NCBI GenBank assembly: GCA_963618495.1
Contig: CAVESF010000002.1
Coordinates: 25,231 to 89,230, forward strand
Length of the DNA: 64,000 nt
Reading direction: 5' to 3'
Source of the DNA: Acutalibacteraceae bacterium
Lineage (GTDB): Bacteria; Bacillota; Clostridia; Oscillospirales; CAG-272
Positions within the stretch are counted from its first letter, which is position 1, and every line of letters starts with the position of its first letter. Under the pieces are notes generated by a model, which was given only the letters and a program-made list of their open reading frames with translations, was not told the DNA's origin and ran no database searches. Below are positions 36,278 through 45,384 of this stretch, in pieces. A program made the position numbers and the translations under genes.

Positions 36278-36865
36278 ATGTACGAACTCAGACAGCACAA
36301 AACAGAAATAAGAAAGGCATATATGGAAAAGCGTGCGAATATGCCCGCAGAGGAACGCGCCGCAAAGAATGCGGCTGTATGCAAGAGTGTGCTTGCCAGC
36401 GCGACATACCGCTTTGCCGACACGCTCCTGTTCTATTATCCGCGCGAGGATGAGGTGGATATTCTGCCTATCGCTCGCGCCGCGCTCAAGGAGGGAAAGA
36501 GCGTTGCTTTTCCGAAGTGCCACCCTGCGGACAAGAGCATGGATTTTCATTTTGTCTCCTCGGTGGATGATTTCGAAAAGGGCGAATACGATATCATGGA
36601 GCCTGTAAATTCGCTCGGCATATATAATAAGGAAAATTCTCTGCGGGATAACTGTATCTGCATCGTTCCCGCCGTGGTATACGATAAAAAGGGCTACCGC
36701 ATAGGCTACGGCGGCGGCTACTACGACAGATATCTCTCGGGCTTCCGCGGCACCGTTGTCGGCATAACATACAGGGATTTCATACTGCCGAATGTTCCGC
36801 ACGGTCGCTTTGATGTGGCGGTCGATGTGCTGATAAGCGAAGGCGGAATATATGCAAAGAGCTAA
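36278..36865 (+). CDS. 5-formyltetrahydrofolate cyclo-ligase
   Basis: C-terminal GYRIGYGGGYYDRYL signature; 195 aa. Confidence 0.85.
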   Translation: MYELRQHKTEIRKAYMEKRANMPAEERAAKNAAVCKSVLASATYRFADTLLFYYPREDEVDILPIARAALKEGKSVAFPKCHPADKSMDFHFVSSVDDFEKGEYDIMEPVNSLGIYNKENSLRDNCICIVPAVVYDKKGYRIGYGGGYYDRYLSGFRGTVVGITYRDFILPNVPHGRFDVAVDVLISEGGIYAKS

Positions 36866-37781
36866 GCACAAGATAACGCATCCCTTTGTCTTTGCGCCGC
36901 TTCTTGTGCTGATACTCGTCTTTTTCATCACGGTATCGCGCTTTATCCCGATGAATAAACTCGGGATAATCGGAACCTGCCTGCTTATGTGCGCTTTTCA
37001 GGCGGTGATGTTCGGCATACCGATAGGAATCTACGCATATATAAGGCGCGGCTCATTGCGCACCGTTTTCGAGGGGAGGCTCTCGTTTTCGGGCGCACCC
37101 GTGATAATTTTCGGTGCGCTCATGCTTATTTTGCAGAGCTGTGTGCTGAAATTCGGTATCTTTCGTTTCGGCTATAAGATAGACGCCTTTCAGCTCTACG
37201 GAAGCAGTTTCGATGTTTCCGCAGGGAGTGCCGCAGAGCTTGCCGCGATAACGGCGGCATATGCGATAATTCCCGCCATAGTCGAGGAAATAATGTTCCG
37301 CGGCGTGATATCGCGGGAATACCGCATAGGAGGTCCTGCCTTTGCCGCGATTTTCTCTTCGCTTTTCTTTGCGATAATACATTTTGATGCGGCGCTTTTC
37401 CCCGTATATTTCTTCGCAGGGCTGACGCTTTCGGCTGTCCGCTTTGTGACGGATTCGCTCGCCGCATCCATGGCTGTCCATGCCGCATACAATATATTTG
37501 CGGCTTTTCTCGAGAGATATGTATGGCTCATGTCCTCCAGTCCGGACAGTCAGCTCCTTTTCTGGTTTATGCTTATAGCGCTTTTTCTGCTCTGTGCTTT
37601 TCTCTTCTTCCGTTTTTCGGCGCTCGGACTTGAAAAGGCGGCTTATTCGGACAGGGCGTATCCTTTCGGCAAGGCGGGCGTGAAGAAGCTGCCGCTTTCC
37701 GCAGACGCGCTGACCTCGCCGACGGCGCTCATATGCTTTGCCGTCTTTGTCGTTTCCGTAATAATAACGGCGATAGTATAA
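36852..37781 (+). CDS. CPBP family intramembrane glutamic endopeptidase (CAAX/Abi type)
   Basis: Motifs VEEIMFRGV and FFAIIHF, plus a later HAAYN. The protein is polytopic. Confidence 0.8.
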   Translation: MQRAKHKITHPFVFAPLLVLILVFFITVSRFIPMNKLGIIGTCLLMCAFQAVMFGIPIGIYAYIRRGSLRTVFEGRLSFSGAPVIIFGALMLILQSCVLKFGIFRFGYKIDAFQLYGSSFDVSAGSAAELAAITAAYAIIPAIVEEIMFRGVISREYRIGGPAFAAIFSSLFFAIIHFDAALFPVYFFAGLTLSAVRFVTDSLAASMAVHAAYNIFAAFLERYVWLMSSSPDSQLLFWFMLIALFLLCAFLFFRFSALGLEKAAYSDRAYPFGKAGVKKLPLSADALTSPTALICFAVFVVSVIITAIV

Positions 37782-37842
37782 ATTTTTACCCTATTGCAGA
37801 AAATATGCCTGCAAACATTATTTTACGAATGGGGGTATATTT

Positions 37843-38889
37843 ATGAAGAAAAAAAGAATACCGCGCGGAGTGAAATTCTGGCTTGCCGTCATATTTCTCT
37901 CTGTGATGGCATCGGCTTTTATCGTTTCCGCCGCAAACGACGCTTTTGCTCTCGTAAAAACGGGCGGAAGCTATGAAATAACCGTGGATGAGGACGACAG
38001 CCTCATAGATGTGGCAAAAAAGCTGAAAAAATCGGGCATGATACGCTACCCGCTCACCTTTGCGGCATATAATCACTTCCGTTTCGGCGATAAGCTGACG
38101 GCGGGCGACTATACCGTAAACGGCTGCATGAGCTATGACGAAATGCGGCGTTCGATATCGCCGAAGAAAAATTCCCGCGAGCAGTTCCGCCTGACGATAC
38201 CCGAGGGATATACGACAGACGCGATAATCGACCTTTTTGTGAAAAACGGCATCGGCACGAAAGAGAAATTTGCCGAGGTCATAAACAGCTACGATTTCGA
38301 TTATGATTTTGTGCGTGCTATCCCCGAGAGGGAGGGCAGGACATATCGGCTCGACGGATATCTCTTTCCCGATACCTATTTTTTCTATAATGACTCGAGC
38401 GAGGTTGAGGCGATAGGCAAGCTCCTGCGAAATTTTGACGGCAAATTCGGCGCGAAAATGCGCGATGACGCGCTTTCCTCGGGCATATCGTGCGATGACG
38501 CGGTGATTTTAGCTTCCATAATAGAAAAGGAAGCTTTTTTCAAGGAGGATATGCCGAAGATTTCTTCTGTTTTTCACAACAGGCTTGCGGGAAACAGAAA
38601 ATATCTCGAGAGCGATGCCACAGTGCGCTATTTTCTTGCCGTTTCGGGGGAAAACGCCGCGGCTTTTACCTCCGAGCAGATGCGACTCGAAAATCCATAC
38701 AACACATACAGGAGCAAGGGACTTCCGCCCGGGGCTATCTGCAATGCGGGCGCGGATGCGCTCTATGCCGCGATATATCCCGAAAAAACGGATTATCTCT
38801 ATTTTGTCTGCGATAAGGGCGGCAATGCCGTCTATTCGAGGACATACGGAGAACACCTCGCCGCCACCAAAAAAATACGCGGGCAATGA
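37843..38889 (+). CDS. mltG: Endolytic murein transglycosylase MltG (YceG-like)
   Basis: N-terminal TM helix, then IPEGYT, LASIIEKEA, YNTYRSKGLPPGAICNAG. Confidence 0.9.
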   Translation: MKKKRIPRGVKFWLAVIFLSVMASAFIVSAANDAFALVKTGGSYEITVDEDDSLIDVAKKLKKSGMIRYPLTFAAYNHFRFGDKLTAGDYTVNGCMSYDEMRRSISPKKNSREQFRLTIPEGYTTDAIIDLFVKNGIGTKEKFAEVINSYDFDYDFVRAIPEREGRTYRLDGYLFPDTYFFYNDSSEVEAIGKLLRNFDGKFGAKMRDDALSSGISCDDAVILASIIEKEAFFKEDMPKISSVFHNRLAGNRKYLESDATVRYFLAVSGENAAAFTSEQMRLENPYNTYRSKGLPPGAICNAGADALYAAIYPEKTDYLYFVCDKGGNAVYSRTYGEHLAATKKIRGQ

Positions 38890-38910
38890 CGCCCGAAAAG
38901 GATGATAAAT

Positions 38911-40137
38911 ATGACAGAATTACTCTCTCCCGCGGGCAATCCCGAAAAATTGCGCGCCGCTTTTCTCTACGGAGCCGACGCCGTATATTTCGCGGGCGAA
39001 CGCTTCGGCATGCGTGCCGCGGCGGACAATTTCACCCTGCCGGAGACAGAGGAGGCTTCCGCCTATGCGCATGAGCGCGGAAAGAAGCTCTATATCACGC
39101 TCAATACCATGCCGAGAGAGGATGAATACGCGCCTCTTGCCGATTTTCTTCGCGAGCTGAAAGCACTCGGCGATATGCCCGATGCCGCAATAGTCGCGGA
39201 TATAGGAGTTATGGATCTGATACAGAAGATAATCCCCGATATGGAGATTCATATTTCCACACAGGCGGGAATAGTCAGCTCCGCCGACTGCAACGCATGG
39301 TACAGGCTCGGAGCGAAGCGCGCGGTTATAGCCCGTGAGCTTTCGCTCTCCGACATCCGCGCGATAAGGGCAAATATCCCTGCGGATATGGAGATAGAGG
39401 CTTTTGTTCATGGTTCGATGTGCGTTTCTTTCAGCGGGCGTTGCCTGCTTTCGAATAATCTTGTGGGCAGAGACGCAAACCGCGGTCAGTGCGCACAGCC
39501 CTGCCGCTGGAACTATAAGATAACTGAAGAAAAGCGCCCCGACACGCCTTTTCCCATAGAGGAAACGCGCGATGGGACATTCATCATGAGCTCCAAGGAC
39601 ATGAATATGCTCGCCTATGTACCAGAGCTGATAAAGAGCGGCATTTCCTCCTTTAAGATAGAGGGGAGAATGAAGAGTGCGTACTATACCGCCGTCGTCA
39701 CCAACGCTTACCGCGCCGCGATAGACGGATACCTGCGCGACGACGAAAAATACAGCCTCGATGAGCGCTGGAATAAAGAGCTGGACAGCGTGAGCCACAG
39801 GGAATACTGCACGGGCTACTATTTCGACGACCCGATGAAGAATGCGCAGCTCTGTGAAAATCCCGGCTATATGCGCGATAAAGCATATCTCGCCGTGGCA
39901 CTGGAATACGATGCCGAACGGGAAATGGCGAAATTCCGCCAGAGAAACAAGGTCAGCCTCGGCATGAGGGCAGAGCTTATCTCTCCCGGGAAATTCGGCA
40001 GAGGCTTTACCGTGGAGAAAATCATCTCCGCGGAAAACGGCGCGGAACTGGAGAGCGCACCGCATCCTTTCATGGAATTCTGGGTTCCCGTGCCTTTTGA
40101 GGTGAAAGCGGGCGACATACTCCGTGGCGCAAACTGA
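38911..40137 (+). CDS. Peptidase U32 family protein
   Basis: MTELLSPAGN.. N-terminus and the E-x-F-x-H-G-x-x-C-x-x-x-S-G-x-C motif (EAFVHGSMCVSFSGRCLLS). I prefer the ATG at 38911 over 38902 on RBS spacing. Confidence 0.85.
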   Translation: MTELLSPAGNPEKLRAAFLYGADAVYFAGERFGMRAAADNFTLPETEEASAYAHERGKKLYITLNTMPREDEYAPLADFLRELKALGDMPDAAIVADIGVMDLIQKIIPDMEIHISTQAGIVSSADCNAWYRLGAKRAVIARELSLSDIRAIRANIPADMEIEAFVHGSMCVSFSGRCLLSNNLVGRDANRGQCAQPCRWNYKITEEKRPDTPFPIEETRDGTFIMSSKDMNMLAYVPELIKSGISSFKIEGRMKSAYYTAVVTNAYRAAIDGYLRDDEKYSLDERWNKELDSVSHREYCTGYYFDDPMKNAQLCENPGYMRDKAYLAVALEYDAEREMAKFRQRNKVSLGMRAELISPGKFGRGFTVEKIISAENGAELESAPHPFMEFWVPVPFEVKAGDILRGAN

Positions 40138-40192
40138 AATAAATACATGGGGCCAAGTTAATGACTGAGCCCCTTTCGGATTTTATCGGGAA

Positions 40193-41329
40193 TTATTCTT
40201 TCGTTATCATCATATCGACTGTTGCGCCATCTCCGCGGATAACATCTGTGCTCGGCGACTCAATATAAAGTTTGCTTATATGCAGGTGTTCGAGGTGAAT
40301 GGCTGATACACCCGCAGGCACGGCGAGCGACTCGAGGTCGGCACCGACAAAAGCGTCAACCGATATCTCAGAGGTGCCGCTCGGGATGATATAATCCTTT
40401 TCCGCATGGGCGGCAGGGAAGCGGATGAGCGTGTCTTTATCCTTTGAGAAAAGCACGCCGTTTTTGCTTGCGTAGACATTGTTTTCGCCGCTCACATCGA
40501 TGCGCCTGAGATTATCGGCAAAGAATACAGATACGCCGGATGACATGTGCGAGGGAGCGATATTTTCAAGCGAGGCGGGGACATATATGCTCTCCGCTCC
40601 GTCGCTTACTTCGGCGAAAACCGATTTTATTCCATTGGCGAAAATGAACTTTTTCAGCGGTGCGCCGGTTTTGTTTTCAATGAAGATTTCCGCGGGCAGG
40701 TTTATGCTTCTGCCCTCGAGCATGAATGCGGGCTCAAGCATAAATTCCGAGCCGGAGATTACAGCGATTTCCGTTATCTCGATTTTTCCGTATACGGCGT
40801 TGTCGGTGAAGTATTTGTATTTCACGCTGTAGCTTCCGTGTTCGTTTTCAAATGTCGCCTCACGCTTCTCATGCACATATGACGGTATACCAGTGGTAGA
40901 GGTGGCGATGGTTTCAATAACGGTTGTGGTATTCGTTGTTTCTATCATTGTCTCATTCGTCGTCGCTATTGTTTTTTCTATCGTTGTCGTTGTTGCTGTC
41001 CCCTCTGTCGTTGCTTCCGTTGTCGTGTCAGTTGCGCCGTGGTTACTTGTGGTGCTGCTGCCGTCGGTGCTTTCATATGATGCGATTTCTGAGGAAGCCG
41101 TGGTGGGGACGGGATTGAATATCCTGTCCAGATTCGGCACGACGGCTATCGCCGCGATGACGATAGCGGCGCATATCATGAGCGAGGCGGGCGAATAAAT
41201 GAATTTGAAATTCCGCTTTTTCGCTTCTTTTTGCGGAATGTTTTCTTTTGCCGCCGCTTCTATTTTGTCCCAGTTGTCGGGTGCTTTTTCACGCATGGCG
41301 CTTTTCAGATATTTTTCAAATTTCTTCAT
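40193..41329 (-). CDS. Putative anti-sigma factor with T-rich linker and BspA-type LRR ectodomain
   Basis: It directly follows the ECF sigma gene. AGGAGG lies 9 nt upstream of the ATG at 41329 (the track start is a GTG at 41338). It has one TM helix (LMICAAIVIAAIAVV). The C-terminal segment (NNVYASKNGVLFSKDKDTLIRFPA..IPSGTSEISVDAF) is LRR_5-like. Confidence 0.5.
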   Translation of the reverse strand: MKKFEKYLKSAMREKAPDNWDKIEAAAKENIPQKEAKKRNFKFIYSPASLMICAAIVIAAIAVVPNLDRIFNPVPTTASSEIASYESTDGSSTTSNHGATDTTTEATTEGTATTTTIEKTIATTNETMIETTNTTTVIETIATSTTGIPSYVHEKREATFENEHGSYSVKYKYFTDNAVYGKIEITEIAVISGSEFMLEPAFMLEGRSINLPAEIFIENKTGAPLKKFIFANGIKSVFAEVSDGAESIYVPASLENIAPSHMSSGVSVFFADNLRRIDVSGENNVYASKNGVLFSKDKDTLIRFPAAHAEKDYIIPSGTSEISVDAFVGADLESLAVPAGVSAIHLEHLHISKLYIESPSTDVIRGDGATVDMMITKE

Positions 41330-41334
41330 TCTCC

Positions 41335-41883
41335 TCACCTCCTTTGGTAAGCATTGCCGAGCTTGCTTTTCAGCTTTTTCATGGCATATCTGTATTTCGA
41401 GCGCACGCTGTTATACGGCATATCGATAAAATCCGCTATATCGACGAGCTTCATATCGCTGTAGATATGGAGCATAACTATCTCATACTCATCCTTTTCG
41501 AGTCCCGCAAGCGCACGCTTTATATCCTCGTTTTCTATGAGCAAATCTGAGAAGTCTGCCTCACTCGGCTCATGTTCAGGCTCGTCGATATCGCTCCATG
41601 CGGGACTTTTCAGCATATCGCGGCAGATATTGCGGCAGATGCCGAATATCCATGCGCGGGCGTTGGTTCCCGCGGCATAGGACGCGGCGCATTTTGCTAT
41701 GCGCAGATATGTCTCCTGCATGGCGTCCTCGGCTCTCGTGCGGTTTCCGAGCTTTCTTAGGGCAAAGGCAAAGACGGAATCTTTCGTCTGCCCGTAGATG
41801 TCGTGCAGGGCTTCGATATCGCCTGCGGCAAGCTTCTTTATGTCGTTTTCGAGCTTTGATGAAAGAAACGATGAAAAGCTCAT
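41335..41883 (-). CDS. RNA polymerase sigma-70 family (ECF-type) sigma factor
   Basis: Region 2 (AEDAMQETYLRI..ARAWIFGICRNICRD) and region 4 (LEKDEYEIVMLHIYSDMKLVDIADFIDMPYNSVRSKYRYAMKKLK). Confidence 0.85.
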   Translation of the reverse strand: MSFSSFLSSKLENDIKKLAAGDIEALHDIYGQTKDSVFAFALRKLGNRTRAEDAMQETYLRIAKCAASYAAGTNARAWIFGICRNICRDMLKSPAWSDIDEPEHEPSEADFSDLLIENEDIKRALAGLEKDEYEIVMLHIYSDMKLVDIADFIDMPYNSVRSKYRYAMKKLKSKLGNAYQRR

Positions 41884-42004
41884 TGCGAAAAAGCTCCTTT
41901 CAGATAGTATATAGAAAAAACGGCGGCTTTCGCAGAAAAATTATTTCGGAAAGTCCGTTTTGATTATTATGCGGATTTTTGTCGGTTATATTTAGGGAAG
42001 AGAA

Positions 42005-42044
42005 GAAAGAAAAATGCGGCGGAAGCAGAGGCAACCGCCGCATA
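42005..42044 (-). terminator. Rho-independent terminator after ftsZ
   Basis: Minus-strand sense reads ATGCGGCGGttgcctctgcttCCGCCGCAT followed by TTTTTCTTTCTT. Confidence 0.8.
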
Positions 42045-42067
42045 AGTCGTAGCTTTAATATGTAGGA

Positions 42068-43234
42068 TTAGCCTCTGTTCTTGCGAAGGATAGCCATGAT
42101 ATCATCAAAATCGCTGTCGGAAATGATGGTGGCTTCTTCATCCGTGGCAACCTGCTTGGGAGCCTCTTCCTTCTTGGGAGCGGCTGTCTGGGTTGCGAAA
42201 GGAGACTTCTTCGCGGGTTCGGCTGTTGTCTTGCCGGAAGCGACGCCTGCCTTGCCGGGAGTCATGGGCTTGCCGTCCTCCGCCTTGAAGCCTGTAGCGA
42301 TAACGGTAATCTTCATCGTATCTTCAAGCTCGTTGTCAAGCGCGGTACCCCAGATGATATTCGCATCGGGATGAGCCTCGTTTGCAATCATAGAGGAAGC
42401 CGTCTCGATTTCCTCGAGGCTTATGTCGGGACCGGAAGTGATGTTGATAAGTATGCCTGTAGCGCCCGAGATGGTTGTCTCGAGAAGAGGGCTGGACATG
42501 GCAGCCTTGGCGGCAACCTCAGCCTTGTCTCTGCCTGCGCCTTCGCCTACGCCCATGTGAGCATAGCCTGCATCGCGCATGACGGAAGAAACATCCGCGA
42601 AGTCAAGGTTTACAAGACCAGGGATATTGATAAGGTCGGAAACGCTCTGCACGCCGTGACGGAGAACATCGTCCGCATACTGGAATGCATTTACGAGAGT
42701 GATTCTGTTTTCGGAAATCTGCTTGAGTCTCTCATTCGGGATGATGACGAGAGAGTCTACATAATCGCGGAGCTGAACGATGCCTGCCTCAGCCTGAATC
42801 ATACGCTTTCTGCCCTCGAATGCGAAAGGCTTCGTAACGATACCGATAGTGAGGATGCCCATTTCCTTGGCAACCTTGGCAACAACGGGAGCCGCGCCTG
42901 TGCCTGTGCCGCCGCCCATGCCGACTGTGATGAACACCATGTCCGCGCCGCGGATAACATCGGCGATTTCCTCAAGGCTCTCCTGAGCCGCCTGCTCGCC
43001 TACTGCGGGGTTGGCGCCTGCGCCGTGACCCTTTGTAATCTTTTCGCCGATGGCGATTTTTGTGGGAGCGCTCGACTTGAGCAGAACCTGCTTATCGCAG
43101 TTTACCGTGATAAATTCAACACCCTGTATATTTGATTCTATCATGCGGTTTACGGCGTTACCGCCACCGCCGCCGACGCCGATGACTTTGATATTTACGC
43201 CGCTTTCGTAATCCGAATTGAATTCAAAACCCAT
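42068..43234 (-). CDS. ftsZ: Cell division GTPase FtsZ
   Basis: [15 protein letters not shown] and the tubulin signature [15 protein letters not shown]. Confidence 0.97.
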   Translation of the reverse strand: MGFEFNSDYESGVNIKVIGVGGGGGNAVNRMIESNIQGVEFITVNCDKQVLLKSSAPTKIAIGEKITKGHGAGANPAVGEQAAQESLEEIADVIRGADMVFITVGMGGGTGTGAAPVVAKVAKEMGILTIGIVTKPFAFEGRKRMIQAEAGIVQLRDYVDSLVIIPNERLKQISENRITLVNAFQYADDVLRHGVQSVSDLINIPGLVNLDFADVSSVMRDAGYAHMGVGEGAGRDKAEVAAKAAMSSPLLETTISGATGILINITSGPDISLEEIETASSMIANEAHPDANIIWGTALDNELEDTMKITVIATGFKAEDGKPMTPGKAGVASGKTTAEPAKKSPFATQTAAPKKEEAPKQVATDEEATIISDSDFDDIMAILRKNRG

Positions 43235-43276
43235 TTTATAATCCTCCTTAGATTTTATTCATAGATATACGATTCT

Positions 43277-43305
43277 ATTGTAATATGTTTTTAAATTATT
43301 TTCAA
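43277..43305 (-). promoter_or_regulatory. Putative sigma-A promoter dedicated to ftsZ
   Basis: Minus-strand sense reads TTGAAA, 17-nt spacer, TACAAT, about 40 nt upstream of the AGGAGG RBS of ftsZ. Confidence 0.55.
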
Positions 43306-43356
43306 GATGTTTTGCAAAAAAACTTGATAAAAAATTAAAAAAATTACCGAAAATTC

Positions 43357-43387
43357 CCCGATTTTTGGAAAAAAGCAGAAAATCGGG
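43357..43387 (-). terminator. Hairpin plus T-rich tract between ftsQ and ftsZ (terminator/attenuator)
   Basis: CCCGATTTT pairs with AAAATCGGG across a 13-nt loop. In the minus-strand sense it is followed by T-rich sequence (AATTTTCGGTAATTTTTTT). It begins 22 nt after the ftsQ stop. Confidence 0.45.
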
Positions 43388-43408
43388 CAAAATTTGCGGT
43401 AAAATTTT

Positions 43409-44197
43409 CTATTCGCCGAGCTTTCCTGTCGGCTGGAATGACACTTTGTCGTCGGAAATCACGCGGATGTTTCCCGTGACGCCCGCATAGTAGCTGTCGG
43501 ATTCGAGCTTGGCTATCAGCTTTATACATAAGGATAAATCCGAATCAAGCGTGCGCCATGATGGCAATACAATTGTATAAATGTTATTATACAAAATATG
43601 AATATCAAATTTTTGCCGCAGGTCTATTTCGCTCAGCTTCTCGCCTATCGGCGAGGAGAGTATCGTGTCTATTATGCCGAGGTAGAAGCTGTAGCCGTCC
43701 GCTTCCTCAAATTCGATCTGCTTTCCGAGGGCGAGGCTCTTTATTCCCGATAGGGAGAGCTTTGCCGTGCCGCTGTAGAAAGCGGAACTTATATCGTCCC
43801 TTACCTCGAGCACCGTGAGCCTGTCCGAGAGGATGAAATACTGTCCGTCATATTCCAGAGCGAAAGCAGGAGGATATTCCTCTATTATGATGTGCATTTT
43901 TTTCGGCAGGGTGCGGCGCACTGTGACGGAACGCACATAGATATTTTCGCTTTTGATTTTTTCGGCGATTTTTCCTTTGCTTACGGCATATGTATGCGAG
44001 CCGGGTTTTATGCCGCTGTCGGAGATTATCTTTTCCGCGGAGCAATATGAAATGCCCGAGACATCTATCTCTCTTATACGGCAGAAGCCGAAAAACCACA
44101 CGGCGAAGAGGAGAACCGCCGCAATGAAAACTAGCCATAGCAGGCGATGAGTCTTTCGAAGGCGTGTCATTTCCGGCGTTTTGTTTCTGTTCGTCAT
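43409..44197 (-). CDS. ftsQ: Cell division protein FtsQ/DivIB (TM + POTRA)
   Basis: N-terminal TM helix (LLWLVFIAAVLLFAVWFFGF), a following I..I.V.G POTRA-like start, and the position between murG and ftsZ. Confidence 0.75.
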   Translation of the reverse strand: MTNRNKTPEMTRLRKTHRLLWLVFIAAVLLFAVWFFGFCRIREIDVSGISYCSAEKIISDSGIKPGSHTYAVSKGKIAEKIKSENIYVRSVTVRRTLPKKMHIIIEEYPPAFALEYDGQYFILSDRLTVLEVRDDISSAFYSGTAKLSLSGIKSLALGKQIEFEEADGYSFYLGIIDTILSSPIGEKLSEIDLRQKFDIHILYNNIYTIVLPSWRTLDSDLSLCIKLIAKLESDSYYAGVTGNIRVISDDKVSFQPTGKLGE

Positions 44198-44228
44198 TTT
44201 TCTTTCCTCACTCTGTGAAGCATGAAAA

Positions 44229-45368
44229 TCATTTGCTCTCGAGGAGCGTCATTATATCGCGGCTGAGAAGTATTCTGATATCGCGCCAGATTAGCTCGTT
44301 TGAATCCGATTTTGCGAAAGCGGCGATGTTTTCGCGCATTGCCGCCGACTTTTCGCCGTCATAGAGAATCCCGCAGAGACTTTTTTCGAGCAAATCGGGT
44401 GTGAGCTGTTTTTCCTCGATGAGTATGGCGGCATCCGCATCGGCGAGCCGCTTTGCGTTTTCATACTGGTGATTGTTTACCACATTCGGCGAGGGAATGA
44501 GTATGCATGCCTTTTTCTGAAGCGCCATCTCCGAAACGGTCATCGCGCCCGCGCGGCAGATTACCGCATCGGCAAGCCGCTCCCAGTATGGCATATCGTA
44601 GATATATTCCGTTAGGCGCAGATTCGGAAAAGCCGCAAGCCCTGCCGCCCTGAAAGCGGCAAGCGTCTCGTCATGCGTACTGCTTCCCGTGGCGTGTATA
44701 TGGAAAATCTCGGGATGATGCGATGTGAAATTCTTCATCAGCGCGATAATCTCGGAATTGAGCCGCATGGCACCGAGACTTCCGCCGAAAGAGAGGACTA
44801 TCTTTTCCGTACCCTCGGGGATATTCAGTATCTCGCGGATATTTTCGGGTATTTTCGCAGTGCTTTTCTTCATCATGGGATTGCCGACGAAGAGCACCTT
44901 GCTTTTGTCGGTGAAATAGTCCATGGTCGAGGCGAAATTTATATATATTCTGTCCACCTTGTCGGCGAGCATCATGACAGCCTTGCCGGGGATGGCGTTG
45001 GATTCATGCAGAGCCGTCGGTATGCCGAGCTTTGCCGCCGCCGAGAGAAGCGGCCAGCAGACGAAGCCGCCCGTTCCTATCACGATATCGGGTTTGTATT
45101 CGAGCAGAAGTTTCTTTGCCTTTCTCGGTGCCGTGAAGTAGTAATATGCCGTCTTGATATTCGAGAGGGAAAGGCTTCTTTTCAGCCCTTTCATTTCTAT
45201 ATGATAAATAGGATAACCCGCCTTTTCGCAAAGGCGGTTTTCTATTCCTTTTTTGGTGCCTACGAAAGCTATCCCGGCGTTTCTGTCATGCGCCTTGATC
45301 AAGTCGGCTATGGCAAGAGCGGGATTTACATGACCTGCCGTGCCACCGCCGGAGAGAAGAACTTTCAT
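44229..45368 (-). CDS. murG: Undecaprenyldiphospho-muramoylpentapeptide beta-N-acetylglucosaminyltransferase MurG
   Basis: MKVLLSGGGTAGHVNPALAIA; 379 aa; dcw context. Confidence 0.93.
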   Translation of the reverse strand: MKVLLSGGGTAGHVNPALAIADLIKAHDRNAGIAFVGTKKGIENRLCEKAGYPIYHIEMKGLKRSLSLSNIKTAYYYFTAPRKAKKLLLEYKPDIVIGTGGFVCWPLLSAAAKLGIPTALHESNAIPGKAVMMLADKVDRIYINFASTMDYFTDKSKVLFVGNPMMKKSTAKIPENIREILNIPEGTEKIVLSFGGSLGAMRLNSEIIALMKNFTSHHPEIFHIHATGSSTHDETLAAFRAAGLAAFPNLRLTEYIYDMPYWERLADAVICRAGAMTVSEMALQKKACILIPSPNVVNNHQYENAKRLADADAAILIEEKQLTPDLLEKSLCGILYDGEKSAAMRENIAAFAKSDSNELIWRDIRILLSRDIMTLLESK

Positions 45369-45384
45369 TTTTGCCTCCTTATTA

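Noticed and set aside
38920-40065. 381-aa ORF antisense to the U32 peptidase gene
   Set aside because: The plus-strand frame carries clear U32 motifs. The antisense ORF has arginine/histidine-rich low-complexity composition and no start context. It is a typical shadow ORF in moderately GC-rich coding DNA.
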